The translations under genes were made by a program, and so were the position numbers. The notes beneath the pieces were generated by a model that saw nothing but the letters and a program-made list of their open reading frames with translations, ran no database searches and was not told the origin of the DNA. A DNA stretch of 31,088 nt from the IMG/VR virus record IMGVR_UViG_3300005512_000209, positions 1 to 31,088 of that record. One strand, written 5' to 3'. Of the stretch, positions 1 to 9,360 are shown piece after piece (position 1 is the stretch's first letter; each line of letters starts with the position of its first letter). Source of the stretch: a virus. Its lineage: Duplodnaviria; Caudoviricetes.

Positions 1-185
1 TTGGCGATGGTGTTGATTCGGGAGCCGGTGTAGCCCCCGGAGATCAGCGCATCCTTGACCGCCTCGAGGTTGCCGCTCGACTCGAGGGCCAGGCCGGCGA
101 CGCCGAGGACTTGGATTGCGGCGGTGATGGCGTCTACGTCGGCCTTGCGGACCGGGATGTCTCTGGCGCCTGTCTGTGCGGTCAT
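1..185 (-). CDS. Hypothetical protein, truncated at window edge (MTAQTGARDIPVRKADVDAITAAIQVLG...)
   Basis: ATG at 185 preceded by GAGGT SD; frame open to base 1; follows the 214..993 gene. Not in the ORF track. Confidence 0.75.
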   Translation of the reverse strand, partial: MTAQTGARDIPVRKADVDAITAAIQVLGVAGLALESSGNLEAVKDALISGGYTGSRINTIA

Positions 186-213
186 CTCTCACCTCTCGGT
201 ATTCGTCAGTCTA

Positions 214-993
214 TCAGGTCTCGGCGACGCATGGGCCGATCCACACGCCGTGGATTCGGTGCGTCACGGTCACGCCGTCGCCCGCGCCTGCGATGGTGTG
301 GATCTCGACGAAAGCGCGATCCTTGCCCGCCGACACCAGGGGCTTGGTCCGGCCCCTGTAGTCGAGCGTGATGGTCCCGTCGGTGTCCAGGGTCCAGTGC
401 TCCGGGGCGTCAATGGCCGTGGTCCGCGTCGTGTCGGTGTCTGGGTAGGTGAAGATCCGGGCGCTGGCAGTCTTCGCGTCTGCCTCACACAGCAGCGCGC
501 CCGTTCCAGTGGCGCTGATGTCGATGTTGTAGTCGGCGTTCACGGTTCCGAGCACCTGCAGCGTAACGGCAGCGTCTCCGCCAGCGGCCGTCCCGACAGT
601 CACGGTCCCGTCAGCGGCGAGACACTGCGCGGTGACGATCTGGTTCGCGCCCGCGGCCCCACCGACCACCGCGTCGGCGAGGATGGCGTCGCGCAGCCCG
701 ATGAGCAGCGCGTCCTGGTCCGCGGGGAGGGCGAAGTTCATAGCCTGGGCGTTGACCGTGACGGTGTAGGTCGCGCCCGCGTCGAGCACGCTCATGGTCA
801 CGTCGCAGATCCTGCGGTGGACCTCGGAGCGGACGGCGATGTCGATGAGCGCCGTCACCGAGTCCTGTAGGTCGATCCCGGCCGCAGATGTGGACGGCGC
901 CCCGGTGTAGGCGTTCTGCTCGTCCCACTGCGGGTTGCGCCCCGCGAGTAGGACGGCGAGTTCGTTGGCGAGCTGGAATCCTGAGTTGGACAT
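214..993 (-). CDS. Putative virion structural protein (259 aa), beta-rich
   Basis: AGGAG SD; T/A/G/D-rich; directly downstream of the tail-tip gene; contains a TYTVTVN...LLIGLRDAI module similar to the inserts in the decoration protein. Confidence 0.75.
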   Translation of the reverse strand: MSNSGFQLANELAVLLAGRNPQWDEQNAYTGAPSTSAAGIDLQDSVTALIDIAVRSEVHRRICDVTMSVLDAGATYTVTVNAQAMNFALPADQDALLIGLRDAILADAVVGGAAGANQIVTAQCLAADGTVTVGTAAGGDAAVTLQVLGTVNADYNIDISATGTGALLCEADAKTASARIFTYPDTDTTRTTAIDAPEHWTLDTDGTITLDYRGRTKPLVSAGKDRAFVEIHTIAGAGDGVTVTHRIHGVWIGPCVAET

Positions 994-1002
994 GATCTGC
1001 TC

Positions 1003-2319
1003 CTACTCGTGCGGGATGATGAGCTGCCGCATGGGCAGGTAGTCGTCGTCAGGGTCCACGCGGAGCCAGGACGAGGGGCGGTTTCCGCGGTACAGGCGCC
1101 CGATGGTGGGCGCTGGAGCGGTGTTGCCGACGCTGCCGAAGAAGACCCTGGCGCCGTCGGTGCAGACCGCCTCGACGATATCAGCCGCCGCGTGAGGGTT
1201 GTAGTACCGCCAAGCCATCGACAGGTCTTCGCGGTCGTAGGCTCTGACCTCGTTCGGCAGGCCAGAGTTGGTGACGATGAGGACCAGTTCGTGATCGTGC
1301 GCGATCCCGGTGACAGAGTTCGCTGTCGCCACGCTCGCCATGACGGTACCGTCGGCGACAGAGCGCCTCTCGATCTCCGACGCTGCAGCAGCGGGGTACG
1401 CGATCCAGAGCGAGCGCCCGTCGGTGGTCATGCGCTGGCCCGCGGTGATGGTCGTGGCCTGGATGGCGTCCCAGGCCGTGCCCGTAGCGTCGGCCGCGGT
1501 CCCGCCCTCGTTCAGCACGTCGTTCCCGTTGGCGGCCACCAGGCAGCGCATGGTAGCGAGAGATGGGTTCGGGCTCGCCAACCCGGACACGAACAGGCGC
1601 TTGCCGTCCGTGGCGCACGAGTGCAGCGCTGCGCCGTGGGCGTAGGTCCAGACAGCAGCCCCGGCGGCGAGGGTGAAGGCCCTGGCCTCGACGCCACCGC
1701 CCGTCGCACCGACCATGTAGACGTTGGTCCCGTCGATGCAGATGTCGTAGATCGCCGCGGTGTGCCCTGTGGTCCAGATCGATGTCCCGGTGTCGCGGTC
1801 GTACACCTCGAGAGACGTCCCGCGGGCGATGGCGACGTACTTGCCGTTGCTCACGATCTGCACGTTGTTCCCGAGCGTGCCCGGGGCATAGGTCACCGAC
1901 GGCGCTCCGGTGTTGGACAGGTCCCGAAGCACGGCGTAGCTATCGACCGCGGCGTTGTAGGCATAGAACACATACTCGCCGTCCACGTCGATGGAGATGA
2001 CGTCAGAGCCGGTATCGACGGCGACGGCGAGCGACCCGGGCTCTTGGTCGGTATCCCCCTCGAGGACCATGCACGACTTCTCGACCGGGTCCCCAGCGCC
2101 GTCGGTCATGCCCTGCACGGCCGCGGCCAGGTCGTCGAAGCTCATCATGAGCCCGCGCCCGATCATGTACAGCGCCCAGTTGAACTCTTCCGCCGGTACA
2201 GGCTCGCCCTCTGGGTAGCCCTGCGCGATCTGCGTGTCGGTGGGACGGGCTGGTGCGTGGTCCGCTCCGATGGCGGTCGCGTTGGTCGCCCAGTCGAACG
2301 GGGTGTCGATTGTGGTCAT
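1003..2319 (-). CDS. Tail fibre/receptor-binding protein with PQQ-like beta-propeller (438 aa)
   Basis: ATG 2319 overlaps the upstream TGA. N-terminal W...P...GY..GE..PAEEFNW resembles baseplate-anchoring fibre N-termini; repeated blades (DGEYVF, NGKYVA, DGTNVY, DGKRLF, DGRSLW, DGARVF) with YDRDTG..IW-type turns. Confidence 0.7.
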   Translation of the reverse strand: MTTIDTPFDWATNATAIGADHAPARPTDTQIAQGYPEGEPVPAEEFNWALYMIGRGLMMSFDDLAAAVQGMTDGAGDPVEKSCMVLEGDTDQEPGSLAVAVDTGSDVISIDVDGEYVFYAYNAAVDSYAVLRDLSNTGAPSVTYAPGTLGNNVQIVSNGKYVAIARGTSLEVYDRDTGTSIWTTGHTAAIYDICIDGTNVYMVGATGGGVEARAFTLAAGAAVWTYAHGAALHSCATDGKRLFVSGLASPNPSLATMRCLVAANGNDVLNEGGTAADATGTAWDAIQATTITAGQRMTTDGRSLWIAYPAAAASEIERRSVADGTVMASVATANSVTGIAHDHELVLIVTNSGLPNEVRAYDREDLSMAWRYYNPHAAADIVEAVCTDGARVFFGSVGNTAPAPTIGRLYRGNRPSSWLRVDPDDDYLPMRQLIIPHE

Positions 2320-2903
2320 GGGTAGAGCCTCCTGGCCAGCAGCGTGGTGCCCCACGTCGTGCCCGAGCCAGCATAGCCCGGAAGCGCCTCGGTGAAGCAC
2401 CACTCGACGCCAGCGGGGATCGCGTCACCGAGCAGCCGCACAGTCGCGCTGACCTCTTCCGGCGCCATCCACGACCCCCGCACCACGGTCAGGTTCAGGC
2501 CCGCGGGGTACAGACCGAAGTAGCGCGTCTCGATGGCTTCGGTGACCTCGTGCGTGATGTCGATCAAGGCGTCGATGGGGTTGTCCTTCCCGTGCCGGTA
2601 TAGCCGCAGGACCCGGAGCCTGGCCTTGACGAAGCGACGCAGCTGGTGGTCGGTCAGCCCGTCGTAGCCCTGGCCCACCAGGTCGGCCCAGCGGCGAAGG
2701 TGGACGCCCTTGGACGCCTGCAGGGTCATGCCGTCGAGGACCGAGAAGAACACGTCCTCGGCTTCCTGGATGCCCGCGGCGAGCCCCTGCATGATGAGCG
2801 GGAGCCGAGGCTGGGCCTGCAGCGCGGTCGGGAGTTTGCGAACAGCCTGCTCGGCGTGGTTCGGGACGTACCCGGTCGCAAGCGTGGGCGTGGGCGGCGT
2901 CAT
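2316..2903 (-). CDS. Baseplate wedge protein, DUF2612/Mu gp48-like (195 aa)
   Basis: ATG 2903 overlaps the baseplate J stop; motif ASKGVHLRRWADLVG...LTDHQLRRFVKAR and C-terminal IPAGV; located between baseplate J and fibre. Confidence 0.8.
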   Translation of the reverse strand: MTPPTPTLATGYVPNHAEQAVRKLPTALQAQPRLPLIMQGLAAGIQEAEDVFFSVLDGMTLQASKGVHLRRWADLVGQGYDGLTDHQLRRFVKARLRVLRLYRHGKDNPIDALIDITHEVTEAIETRYFGLYPAGLNLTVVRGSWMAPEEVSATVRLLGDAIPAGVEWCFTEALPGYAGSGTTWGTTLLARRLYP

Positions 2904-4090
2904 GGAGACACCGTGTTCGTCCCGAGGATCGGGAACTGGACCGCGGTGGGCTCGACGAAGGCAGCGGCCCCGGTCCCGTCGTCGAGGGTCACGGTGATCC
3001 GACGGACCCCGGCGACCGCCTCGATCACAGCCGTCTCGATGTCGATGTCGTCGATGGCGGAACCGAGCGCGGCGTTGCCGGCGAACCAGGCGACCACGGT
3101 GTCGATGATGTCCTGCTCCACGTCGGCCTTGACGTACCCGGCCTCCAGCACGATGGTCGAGTCCACGTTGACCGTCAGGGTGCTGGCGTAGTACCAGCGG
3201 ACGGTCTCTTCGTATCCGTCGGTCCTGGCCACGGTCGCGGTCGATGTGCCGTTGTAGTAGATGCCCGGGTCGAGGTGCCGGTACAGCAGCTCGGCCAGTT
3301 CCTGCTCCTGCGCCGTGGTGAGCGTGGCAGGGTAGACGCACACCGCGCCCGAGTGAGGCTGCAGGGACAGTCCCGAGACCGTGGCGGTGACGTTGGTCCG
3401 GTTGTTGGCGCAAAAGGCACCCTGGACGTAATCCAGGGCCAGAACGCGTGCCTGAATCGACGCCAGGGTGCCAGAGCCTCGGTTGGCGAGGCTGGACGCC
3501 TGGCGCAGCCGATAGGCGTTGTCGCTCTCCAGGTCACGCCCGGGTGTGGCTGCCGATACATCGTTCGCCACTGCCGTCCACCCGGAAACGGGAGTGACGA
3601 TCTCGTCGATCTCACCGACCGCGGCCTCGGTGGGTCCCGTCTCGGTACAGCGGACCACGACAGAGCCAGTACCGGCGACCAGAGTCACGTTCTCGGTGGT
3701 CTCCCACTGCGCGGTGTCGTCTTCGCCCCCGCCCCTGACGATCTTCCCGCTCGGGATCACGGTGCCAGTCGTGCCGGCGAGGGTGACGGTGGCGGTCGAC
3801 GCCACGGGAGCGAGTGCCGGAACGCCCCGGATCGCGCCGATGTCGTGGAGGTGGATGCCGGTCGCGTTGTTCGGCGACCAGGCGTCGTGGATGCTCTGCG
3901 TGAGCTCGGAGACGTCCCCGAGCCGGTCCGCGAGCACGTCCACGACGATGGACAGCACCAGATCGCTGTCCCAGTCCACGGCCGCGTATCCGCCGGACAG
4001 CAGGGCCGCGTCGATGGCGTCCCGCATGATCGCCGCGAAGTCCGCAGCCCGGGGCGCGATGTAGCCGGTGGAGTCGAATCCGTAGCTCAC
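2900..4090 (-). CDS. Baseplate J/gp47 family protein (396 aa)
   Basis: Motifs NATGIHLHDIG, GTTGTVIPSG, GEIDEIVTPVSGW, GRDLESDNAYRLR; GTG start overlaps upstream TGA. Confidence 0.92.
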   Translation of the reverse strand: MSYGFDSTGYIAPRAADFAAIMRDAIDAALLSGGYAAVDWDSDLVLSIVVDVLADRLGDVSELTQSIHDAWSPNNATGIHLHDIGAIRGVPALAPVASTATVTLAGTTGTVIPSGKIVRGGGEDDTAQWETTENVTLVAGTGSVVVRCTETGPTEAAVGEIDEIVTPVSGWTAVANDVSAATPGRDLESDNAYRLRQASSLANRGSGTLASIQARVLALDYVQGAFCANNRTNVTATVSGLSLQPHSGAVCVYPATLTTAQEQELAELLYRHLDPGIYYNGTSTATVARTDGYEETVRWYYASTLTVNVDSTIVLEAGYVKADVEQDIIDTVVAWFAGNAALGSAIDDIDIETAVIEAVAGVRRITVTLDDGTGAAAFVEPTAVQFPILGTNTVSP

Positions 4091-4479
4091 GAGCCACCCC
4101 AGAAGTTGGCGGTGAAGCTCATCGTCTTCGCGTCAGGACTGGCGATGGCGGCGGAAATACTCACGGATCCCTCGTCGGTTTCGACGTCGGCGGACACGGA
4201 GATAGTACCACCCGAGGCCGAGGCTTGCACGTTGCCGACAGCGGTCACGCCTACGATCTGCCCGAACTGCTTCCGGACCCTCGAGCGGATGGAGGCGAGG
4301 GGCGGCGGCTTGGTCGAGAGCCACACCGCCCACGGGAAGCCGATGGATGTGTCGCGCAGGATCTCGCCCTCGTGCGTGGCGAGACGCAGACGGATCCGCT
4401 GGGCCACCAGGTCGCGCCCGGTGACAAGCCTTGTCCGGGCCGGGATGTCGAGTCCGTCGAGGTAGGAGTCCAGTCGCAT
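4087..4479 (-). CDS. Baseplate wedge/sheath-initiator (gp25-like) protein (130 aa)
   Basis: VAQRIRLRL....GE...DTSIGFPW motif; located between spike and baseplate J; ATG 4479 one base after the spike stop. Confidence 0.8.
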   Translation of the reverse strand: MRLDSYLDGLDIPARTRLVTGRDLVAQRIRLRLATHEGEILRDTSIGFPWAVWLSTKPPPLASIRSRVRKQFGQIVGVTAVGNVQASASGGTISVSADVETDEGSVSISAAIASPDAKTMSFTANFWGGS

Positions 4480-4480
4480 A

Positions 4481-5194
4481 CTACACCGCCTTGACCTTGG
4501 TCGCGCCCATGCTCGACGGCCACGCAGCGAGCGCGGCTGTGAGCGTGCTCTGGAACGCAGTGAACGCAACAAGTCCGCCGTCTGGGACCACGGCTGGCGG
4601 CGGCGTCACGGACAGGATGGCCGCAGAGACCGCCGACAGGATGGCCGTCTCCAGAATCGCCATCTGCGCCTGAACGTCCGGATCGAGCGCCACCGCCTTG
4701 GTAGCCGTCGAGTCCCCCAGCTTGATCCCGCCGCCCTTGTCGCGGTCCCAGATCACCACCTCGTCGTTCGGTGCCGTCCCCGTCGGGAGCGCGCGAGCTG
4801 GCAGCGGGTCAGCAGCCGGACGAACCCCGGCCAAGAACACCGCGTCGGTCACATCGAAGCGCCGGGGGTCACGCGGGTCCACGCTCTGGCTCGCTGTCGC
4901 CTTCCACTCGTCCAAGCTCCGGTCCGCGATCAGGGCCATCCCCCACTCGCCTTCCTCGAGGTCCCACGTCACCGACCCGCAGAACTGGACGGGCACGTTG
5001 GCGACAGGGGGCCTGACGCGCGCCACCAGCTCGCCCGCATCGTTGCGGACCTTGTACGCGGTCGCGATCTGGATGGTGGCCGTCTGCGTGGCCCGGTCGT
5101 AGGACAGCACCCAAGCGGGCTGAGCGACCTTGACCGGACCGCGAGCCGCCTGCTGGGCCTGCTCCTGCACCTGGGCTTGGGTGGGCTTCCTCAT
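4481..5194 (-). CDS. Baseplate central spike, Gp138-like (237 aa)
   Basis: PAWVLSYD..TQTATIQ, NVPVQF, GEWGMALIADRSLDEW, RRFDVTDAVFLAG motifs; ATG 5194 overlaps the hub stop. Confidence 0.85.
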   Translation of the reverse strand: MRKPTQAQVQEQAQQAARGPVKVAQPAWVLSYDRATQTATIQIATAYKVRNDAGELVARVRPPVANVPVQFCGSVTWDLEEGEWGMALIADRSLDEWKATASQSVDPRDPRRFDVTDAVFLAGVRPAADPLPARALPTGTAPNDEVVIWDRDKGGGIKLGDSTATKAVALDPDVQAQMAILETAILSAVSAAILSVTPPPAVVPDGGLVAFTAFQSTLTAALAAWPSSMGATKVKAV

Positions 5195-6012
5195 GCGGGC
5201 TCCAGCGCGACGCCGGACGCTTGGACGTAGAACTCCGAGCCCCGCGAGTCGCCCCTGAACTGGCACTCGGTGCAGCGGTAGTTGCCCGACACGAGCGCCG
5301 ACTCGACCCTGAACGCGCGCCCGGGGCGAAGGGACGGGTTGATCAGGGCCTTGATCTCGACCCCCTCGTCCGTCTTCGTGGGGCTGCCGATGAGCCCGGT
5401 CGTGGGCGTGAACAAGATCGCGTCCTCGCCCGTGGTCGTGCCAGTCTCCCACACCTGCAGGGTCCCGTCCCGAATCGTCCACTGGCGCCCGACCATGCCG
5501 CAGAGGTCGTCGAGGATGGTGCGCGCGGGTCCGGACAGGACACGCCCATAGGGGAAGCGCTCATCGTCGCCCAGGTCGAAGCGCCCGATGGGGATGCCGA
5601 TCTCGTCGGCGACCACATGGAACACCTGGGCCGCGGTCTGCTCGCTCGAGTAGGACACGTCCAGATAGGTCCCGGTGTAGGCCGTGCGCCCGTCCTGGGC
5701 CTCGATGACCAGCACCCGGTCAACGGCCTCGCGTCGCTCCTCGATACCGCCCGGGATGGGCTCGCCGTGGAAGATGAGGCGCGCGACCCCACCGTCAGAC
5801 GAGTAGCCGACCAGCAGCCGGACCACAGCCCCGTCCTGCTGGGCGAGTGCGATGGTGTCCGGGGCCGGGTTGGTGACCTCGATCTTGGCGCTGTTCGGGG
5901 TGCTGCCGTCGTTCATCCGAACCTCGAACCGGACGCGCAGCCCGGTCAGGTCGCGCCCCGTGTCGCCCTCGGCGCCAAGCTGCACCGTCACCAGCCGGCC
6001 AAAGGAGATCAC
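5191..6012 (-). CDS. Baseplate hub protein (273 aa)
   Basis: FGR...LRVRFEV...PNSAKIEVTN, TGLIGSP, ALINPSLRPG, GDSRG motifs; GTG 6012 overlaps the upstream TGA. Confidence 0.85.
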   Translation of the reverse strand: MISFGRLVTVQLGAEGDTGRDLTGLRVRFEVRMNDGSTPNSAKIEVTNPAPDTIALAQQDGAVVRLLVGYSSDGGVARLIFHGEPIPGGIEERREAVDRVLVIEAQDGRTAYTGTYLDVSYSSEQTAAQVFHVVADEIGIPIGRFDLGDDERFPYGRVLSGPARTILDDLCGMVGRQWTIRDGTLQVWETGTTTGEDAILFTPTTGLIGSPTKTDEGVEIKALINPSLRPGRAFRVESALVSGNYRCTECQFRGDSRGSEFYVQASGVALEPA

Positions 6013-6362
6013 ACCGACACCCTGATCCCGAGGTCGTCGTCTTCCTCGGCTGGGATCTCGCTCTCGGCGAAGTACAGCGGTCTCCCGTCCTCGGTCCCGA
6101 GGTCGTACCGCTCGCGCACGTCGCCCAGGATGAGCAACTGCCCCGGCGGCTGGTTCGCCATCCTGATCCCGGACAGCGGCGAGAACCGGCCCGAGACGCG
6201 GCGGCCCTTGGCGATGGCGGTTCCGTCCTGGGTGTAGATGTCCACGTACCAGGCCCCCTGCCGCTTGCGCCACGTCCACCGGATGCGGTAGCGGACGCCA
6301 TCGAGGGTGATGGTGTAGATGAGCGCGGGCTGCTCGTGGTACGTGGGGAGTTGGCGCGGCAT
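6009..6362 (-). CDS. Small baseplate (plug-like) protein (117 aa)
   Basis: TITLDG..Y.IRWTW......WYVDI motif; located between the Dit-like and hub genes; coupled start/stop. Confidence 0.75.
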   Translation of the reverse strand: MPRQLPTYHEQPALIYTITLDGVRYRIRWTWRKRQGAWYVDIYTQDGTAIAKGRRVSGRFSPLSGIRMANQPPGQLLILGDVRERYDLGTEDGRPLYFAESEIPAEEDDDLGIRVSV

Positions 6363-6946
6363 CAGGCTGCCTCCTCCTGCTCGTCTCCGTAGATGATCTG
6401 ATAGAGCCAGGATTCGGACAGGTCCTCCTCTGCCTCGGTGGTGTCTGGATCGTCGCCGCTCTGCTCTCCGCCGTCCACCTCGGACGCGAGCCCGTCAGCG
6501 GCCGACTCGGCGGCCTGGGTCACGGGGATCGTGACGGTCTGGGCCTCGACCACGACGATCTCGCGGAACTCGAGGGAGAACTTGGTCGCGCCGAACTTCC
6601 CGCGCTCGTGGGCCATGCTCACCAGGACGTAGTTCTCGATCTCCTCGTCGGGCCATGTGATCGTGAGCATCTGGTCCCAGCACCCCTCGAGGAAGCTCAC
6701 AGCGGCCTGCTCGCGCTCCCTGCCCGTGGGCTGGCCGTACTCGCGCCCACCGAGAGGGGAGCGGGTGACGGTGGCTGTAGCGGCGTGCCGGTCGGGCTCG
6801 CGGATGACGTGGTCGGTGATGGACGTGCCCGACTCGACGGGGTGGTCCGTGGTCCTGGCGCGCGGCCCCCTGGTGTAGCTGGTCGCAGCATCGAAGGACC
6901 AGGACTGACCATCTTCGCGGGTGACGACGAGGGGCGCGGTAGCCAT
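6362..6946 (-). CDS. Tail tube initiator/Dit-like baseplate protein (194 aa)
   Basis: TDHPVESGTSITDHVIREP motif typical of the gene following the tape measure; GGAGG SD. Confidence 0.8.
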   Translation of the reverse strand: MATAPLVVTREDGQSWSFDAATSYTRGPRARTTDHPVESGTSITDHVIREPDRHAATATVTRSPLGGREYGQPTGREREQAAVSFLEGCWDQMLTITWPDEEIENYVLVSMAHERGKFGATKFSLEFREIVVVEAQTVTIPVTQAAESAADGLASEVDGGEQSGDDPDTTEAEEDLSESWLYQIIYGDEQEEAA

Positions 6947-6948
6947 GC

Positions 6949-8592
6949 CTACACCTCCGCCCCGGCGAGGGCCGCCTGCGCGTCACGGTTGCTCTGGTAC
7001 AGCGCGTCCATGACCTTGTCCGCGATGCTCTGCCCGTCCGCGTCGCCGTTGACGGTGACCTGCACTTGGTTGCTCTGGGCCAGGCTCGTGCTGTTGTTGG
7101 CGGTCGAGGTTGGGGCCAGGCTCGCGCCGTCGGTCTGGGCCTGGACAAGGGCCGTCATGCCCTGCAGGCTGCCGAGAAGCCCGCCGAGGCTCGACCCGCC
7201 CAGCACGAGGTCGAACAGGGGTGCGAGGGAGTTGATGACTCCAACCGCGATCTCGCCAAGCCTGGACAGAGAGGCCGAGGCAATGTCGATGTAGGGGGTG
7301 ATGTGCTCCCCGAAGACCTGTGAGACGAGCGTCCCGAGCGCGGACATGAGATCGTAGAACGCCTTGCCGATCTCGATCAACTGCTCGACCTTCCGGGCCA
7401 CGACTCCGAGCACGGTGTTGGCGTCACGGTTGCGCTCGATGAAGGTCCCGATGGCTGACTCGCCTCCGCGGAAGTACGAGATCAGGTCGTCAACCACCGC
7501 GATCATGCCAACGATCCCAGCGATGAGCAGGTCGATGGGCATTAGGATGGGCCATAGGGCGAGGTGGGCCGCGATGTTGACGGCGATGATCGCGATCTTG
7601 AGCGCTTCGAACGCGCCGGACATGATGCCCCATGCTGCGGCGTTGGCGAGCACATTGACCCCGGCGAGGACCATGTCGATGGAGAACGCGAGCGCCCCGA
7701 GCACGGTCAGGAGGTCGGACATGACTGACTCGTTTTTCCCGACACCGGCGATAGCGTCCGCAATCCTATCGATCCCAGCGGCGAACCCGGCTGCCCATTC
7801 CTCGAGGTTCTGCCTGACGAGGTCCCCATTGGCCTCGTACCAGTCGAGGAAGCGGGTCAGCAGGTCGTTGACGACCGGGAGCAGTTTCTCGGCGATGGAG
7901 TTGCGCAATCCGGAGACCACGCCCGAGACCTCGCCCATGCGGTCGGTCAGGTCCGCAGACGCCTTCACGAGCTCGTCGCTCATGATGATCCCGAGCGACT
8001 GCGCCCGCTTCTCCATGGACGCGAGCCCGGCGGACCCGTTCTCCAGCATCGGGATCAGCCGCGCCCCGCCCTCCATGCCGAGGAGGCTCGTGGCGATGGT
8101 GAGCTTCTCTTCCTCGGTGGCAGCCGCCTTGACCGCGTCGGCGACGTTGGCCAGCAGCTCGAGCTGGGTCAGCGTCTCGCCGTTGGCCCCCTTGACCGCC
8201 ATGCGCGTACCGTCGAGCAGCTCGACGTAGTCGTTGCCCGCCTTGGTCGCAGCCTGGACCTTGGCGTTCATCTGCGTCATGCCCGCGCGGAGCACGTTGA
8301 TCTCGGCCCCGCCTTGGGCCGCGGCGAAGGCGAGCACCTGATACTCTCGGGCGCCAGCGGCCATCGACGCGCTGTTCTTGTCGATCTCGTCACCGCCCGC
8401 CCGGGCACTGTTGACCACGTAGGCGAACGCTCCGGTAACGGCGGCGACACCGGCGGCCAGGGCTGCGGCAGCCTTGACAGCGACGCCCATGGTAGCCTTC
8501 GCGCCATCGATGGCGGCGTCGAACTCCGAGACCTCGGCGGTGTCGGCGTCCACGCCCAGGGCTACCAGCAGCTCTCGGATCGTGGTCGCCAT
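6949..8592 (-). CDS. Tail tape measure protein (547 aa)
   Basis: N-terminal MATTIRELLVALG, Ala-rich helical composition, central hydrophobic segments, VDDLISYFRGGESAIG motif; follows the tail chaperone; AGGAGG SD. Confidence 0.9.
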   Translation of the reverse strand: MATTIRELLVALGVDADTAEVSEFDAAIDGAKATMGVAVKAAAALAAGVAAVTGAFAYVVNSARAGGDEIDKNSASMAAGAREYQVLAFAAAQGGAEINVLRAGMTQMNAKVQAATKAGNDYVELLDGTRMAVKGANGETLTQLELLANVADAVKAAATEEEKLTIATSLLGMEGGARLIPMLENGSAGLASMEKRAQSLGIIMSDELVKASADLTDRMGEVSGVVSGLRNSIAEKLLPVVNDLLTRFLDWYEANGDLVRQNLEEWAAGFAAGIDRIADAIAGVGKNESVMSDLLTVLGALAFSIDMVLAGVNVLANAAAWGIMSGAFEALKIAIIAVNIAAHLALWPILMPIDLLIAGIVGMIAVVDDLISYFRGGESAIGTFIERNRDANTVLGVVARKVEQLIEIGKAFYDLMSALGTLVSQVFGEHITPYIDIASASLSRLGEIAVGVINSLAPLFDLVLGGSSLGGLLGSLQGMTALVQAQTDGASLAPTSTANNSTSLAQSNQVQVTVNGDADGQSIADKVMDALYQSNRDAQAALAGAEV

Positions 8593-8595
8593 GCT

Positions 8596-8877
8596 CTACC
8601 GCCTCCTGTTTGCCATCTCGCGCCTGATCCGTTCTTGGTTCTGGCGCTGGATCGTGTCCATCGCGTCCTGCGCTACGTGGGCTTCGTACACCTCGCGGAA
8701 CCCGAGACTCCGAATCGACAGCATCCTGCCAGGGTCAACCCGTCCGGAGCCGTCAACACAGAGCCTCATGAGCCACCAGTCTACCCCGTCCTGGGCTGCT
8801 TGCTGGACGACTGCTCGCGCGTGGCCTGCGCCATCGCTCCCCGGACGAGTGCGCCGAAGCCATCCAGCGGCCCGAAA
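8596..8877 (-). CDS. -1 frame extension of the tail assembly chaperone (gpGT-like fusion, about 244 aa in total)
   Basis: The -1 frame is open for 93 codons from the slippery site to TAG at 8596-8598 (...DGVDWWLMRLC...EVYEAHVAQDAMD...NRRR), ending 3 nt before the TMP ATG. Confidence 0.75.
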   Translation of the reverse strand, partial: FRAAGWLRRTRPGSDGAGHARAVVQQAAQDGVDWWLMRLCVDGSGRVDPGRMLSIRSLGFREVYEAHVAQDAMDTIQRQNQERIRREMANRRR

Positions 8878-9329
8878 AAACGGTTGTGCGCCCCGACCTT
8901 CCAGACGGCCTTCATCAGTTCGCCGTAGTTGCGCTGATAGGCGGTGTCGAAGTGCAGGTCCGCAGACAGGGGCTTGCCGTCGCGGGTGGTGAACCGCAGC
9001 ACGTCCCGAACCAGGTCCAGGTCCAGCGACTCGACCGCTCGCCGGAGACCGGGGCCGGTGGACGAGAAGTCCAGCGAGCCGAGCCCGTCCATGATCTCGG
9101 GGTCGTCGAGGATGGCGTCCACGTTGAGGGACCCGTCCGACTGCCGCGCCCGCTTGAGTGCCGCGGGAACGGTCTTGACCAGGGCCGACAGCGCGGTCCC
9201 GGCCAGGGGGTCGATGATGGCTGCGGCGATGCGGGAGCAGACCCGGAAGCCGTCGGTGGGCGCGTGGGGCTGGACCTCGTAGCTGTGAGGATTGCCGTCC
9301 GCGTCCTCGAGGGTGAACTGGTGGAACAT
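8781..9329 (-). CDS. Tail assembly chaperone, gpG-like (182 aa)
   Basis: Located between tail tube and TMP; contains a slippery site; AGGA SD. Confidence 0.8.
   Translation of the reverse strand: MFHQFTLEDADGNPHSYEVQPHAPTDGFRVCSRIAAAIIDPLAGTALSALVKTVPAALKRARQSDGSLNVDAILDDPEIMDGLGSLDFSSTGPGLRRAVESLDLDLVRDVLRFTTRDGKPLSADLHFDTAYQRNYGELMKAVWKVGAHNRFFGPLDGFGALVRGAMAQATREQSSSKQPRTG
8874..8880 (-). other. Programmed -1 ribosomal frameshift heptamer T TTT TTC
   Basis: In-frame X XXY YYZ heptamer (CGT TTT TTC); a 6-T run in very GC-rich DNA at the canonical position. Confidence 0.8.
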
Positions 9330-9360
9330 GATGCGTCCTGGTCTTGCGGGTGGTCAGGGC

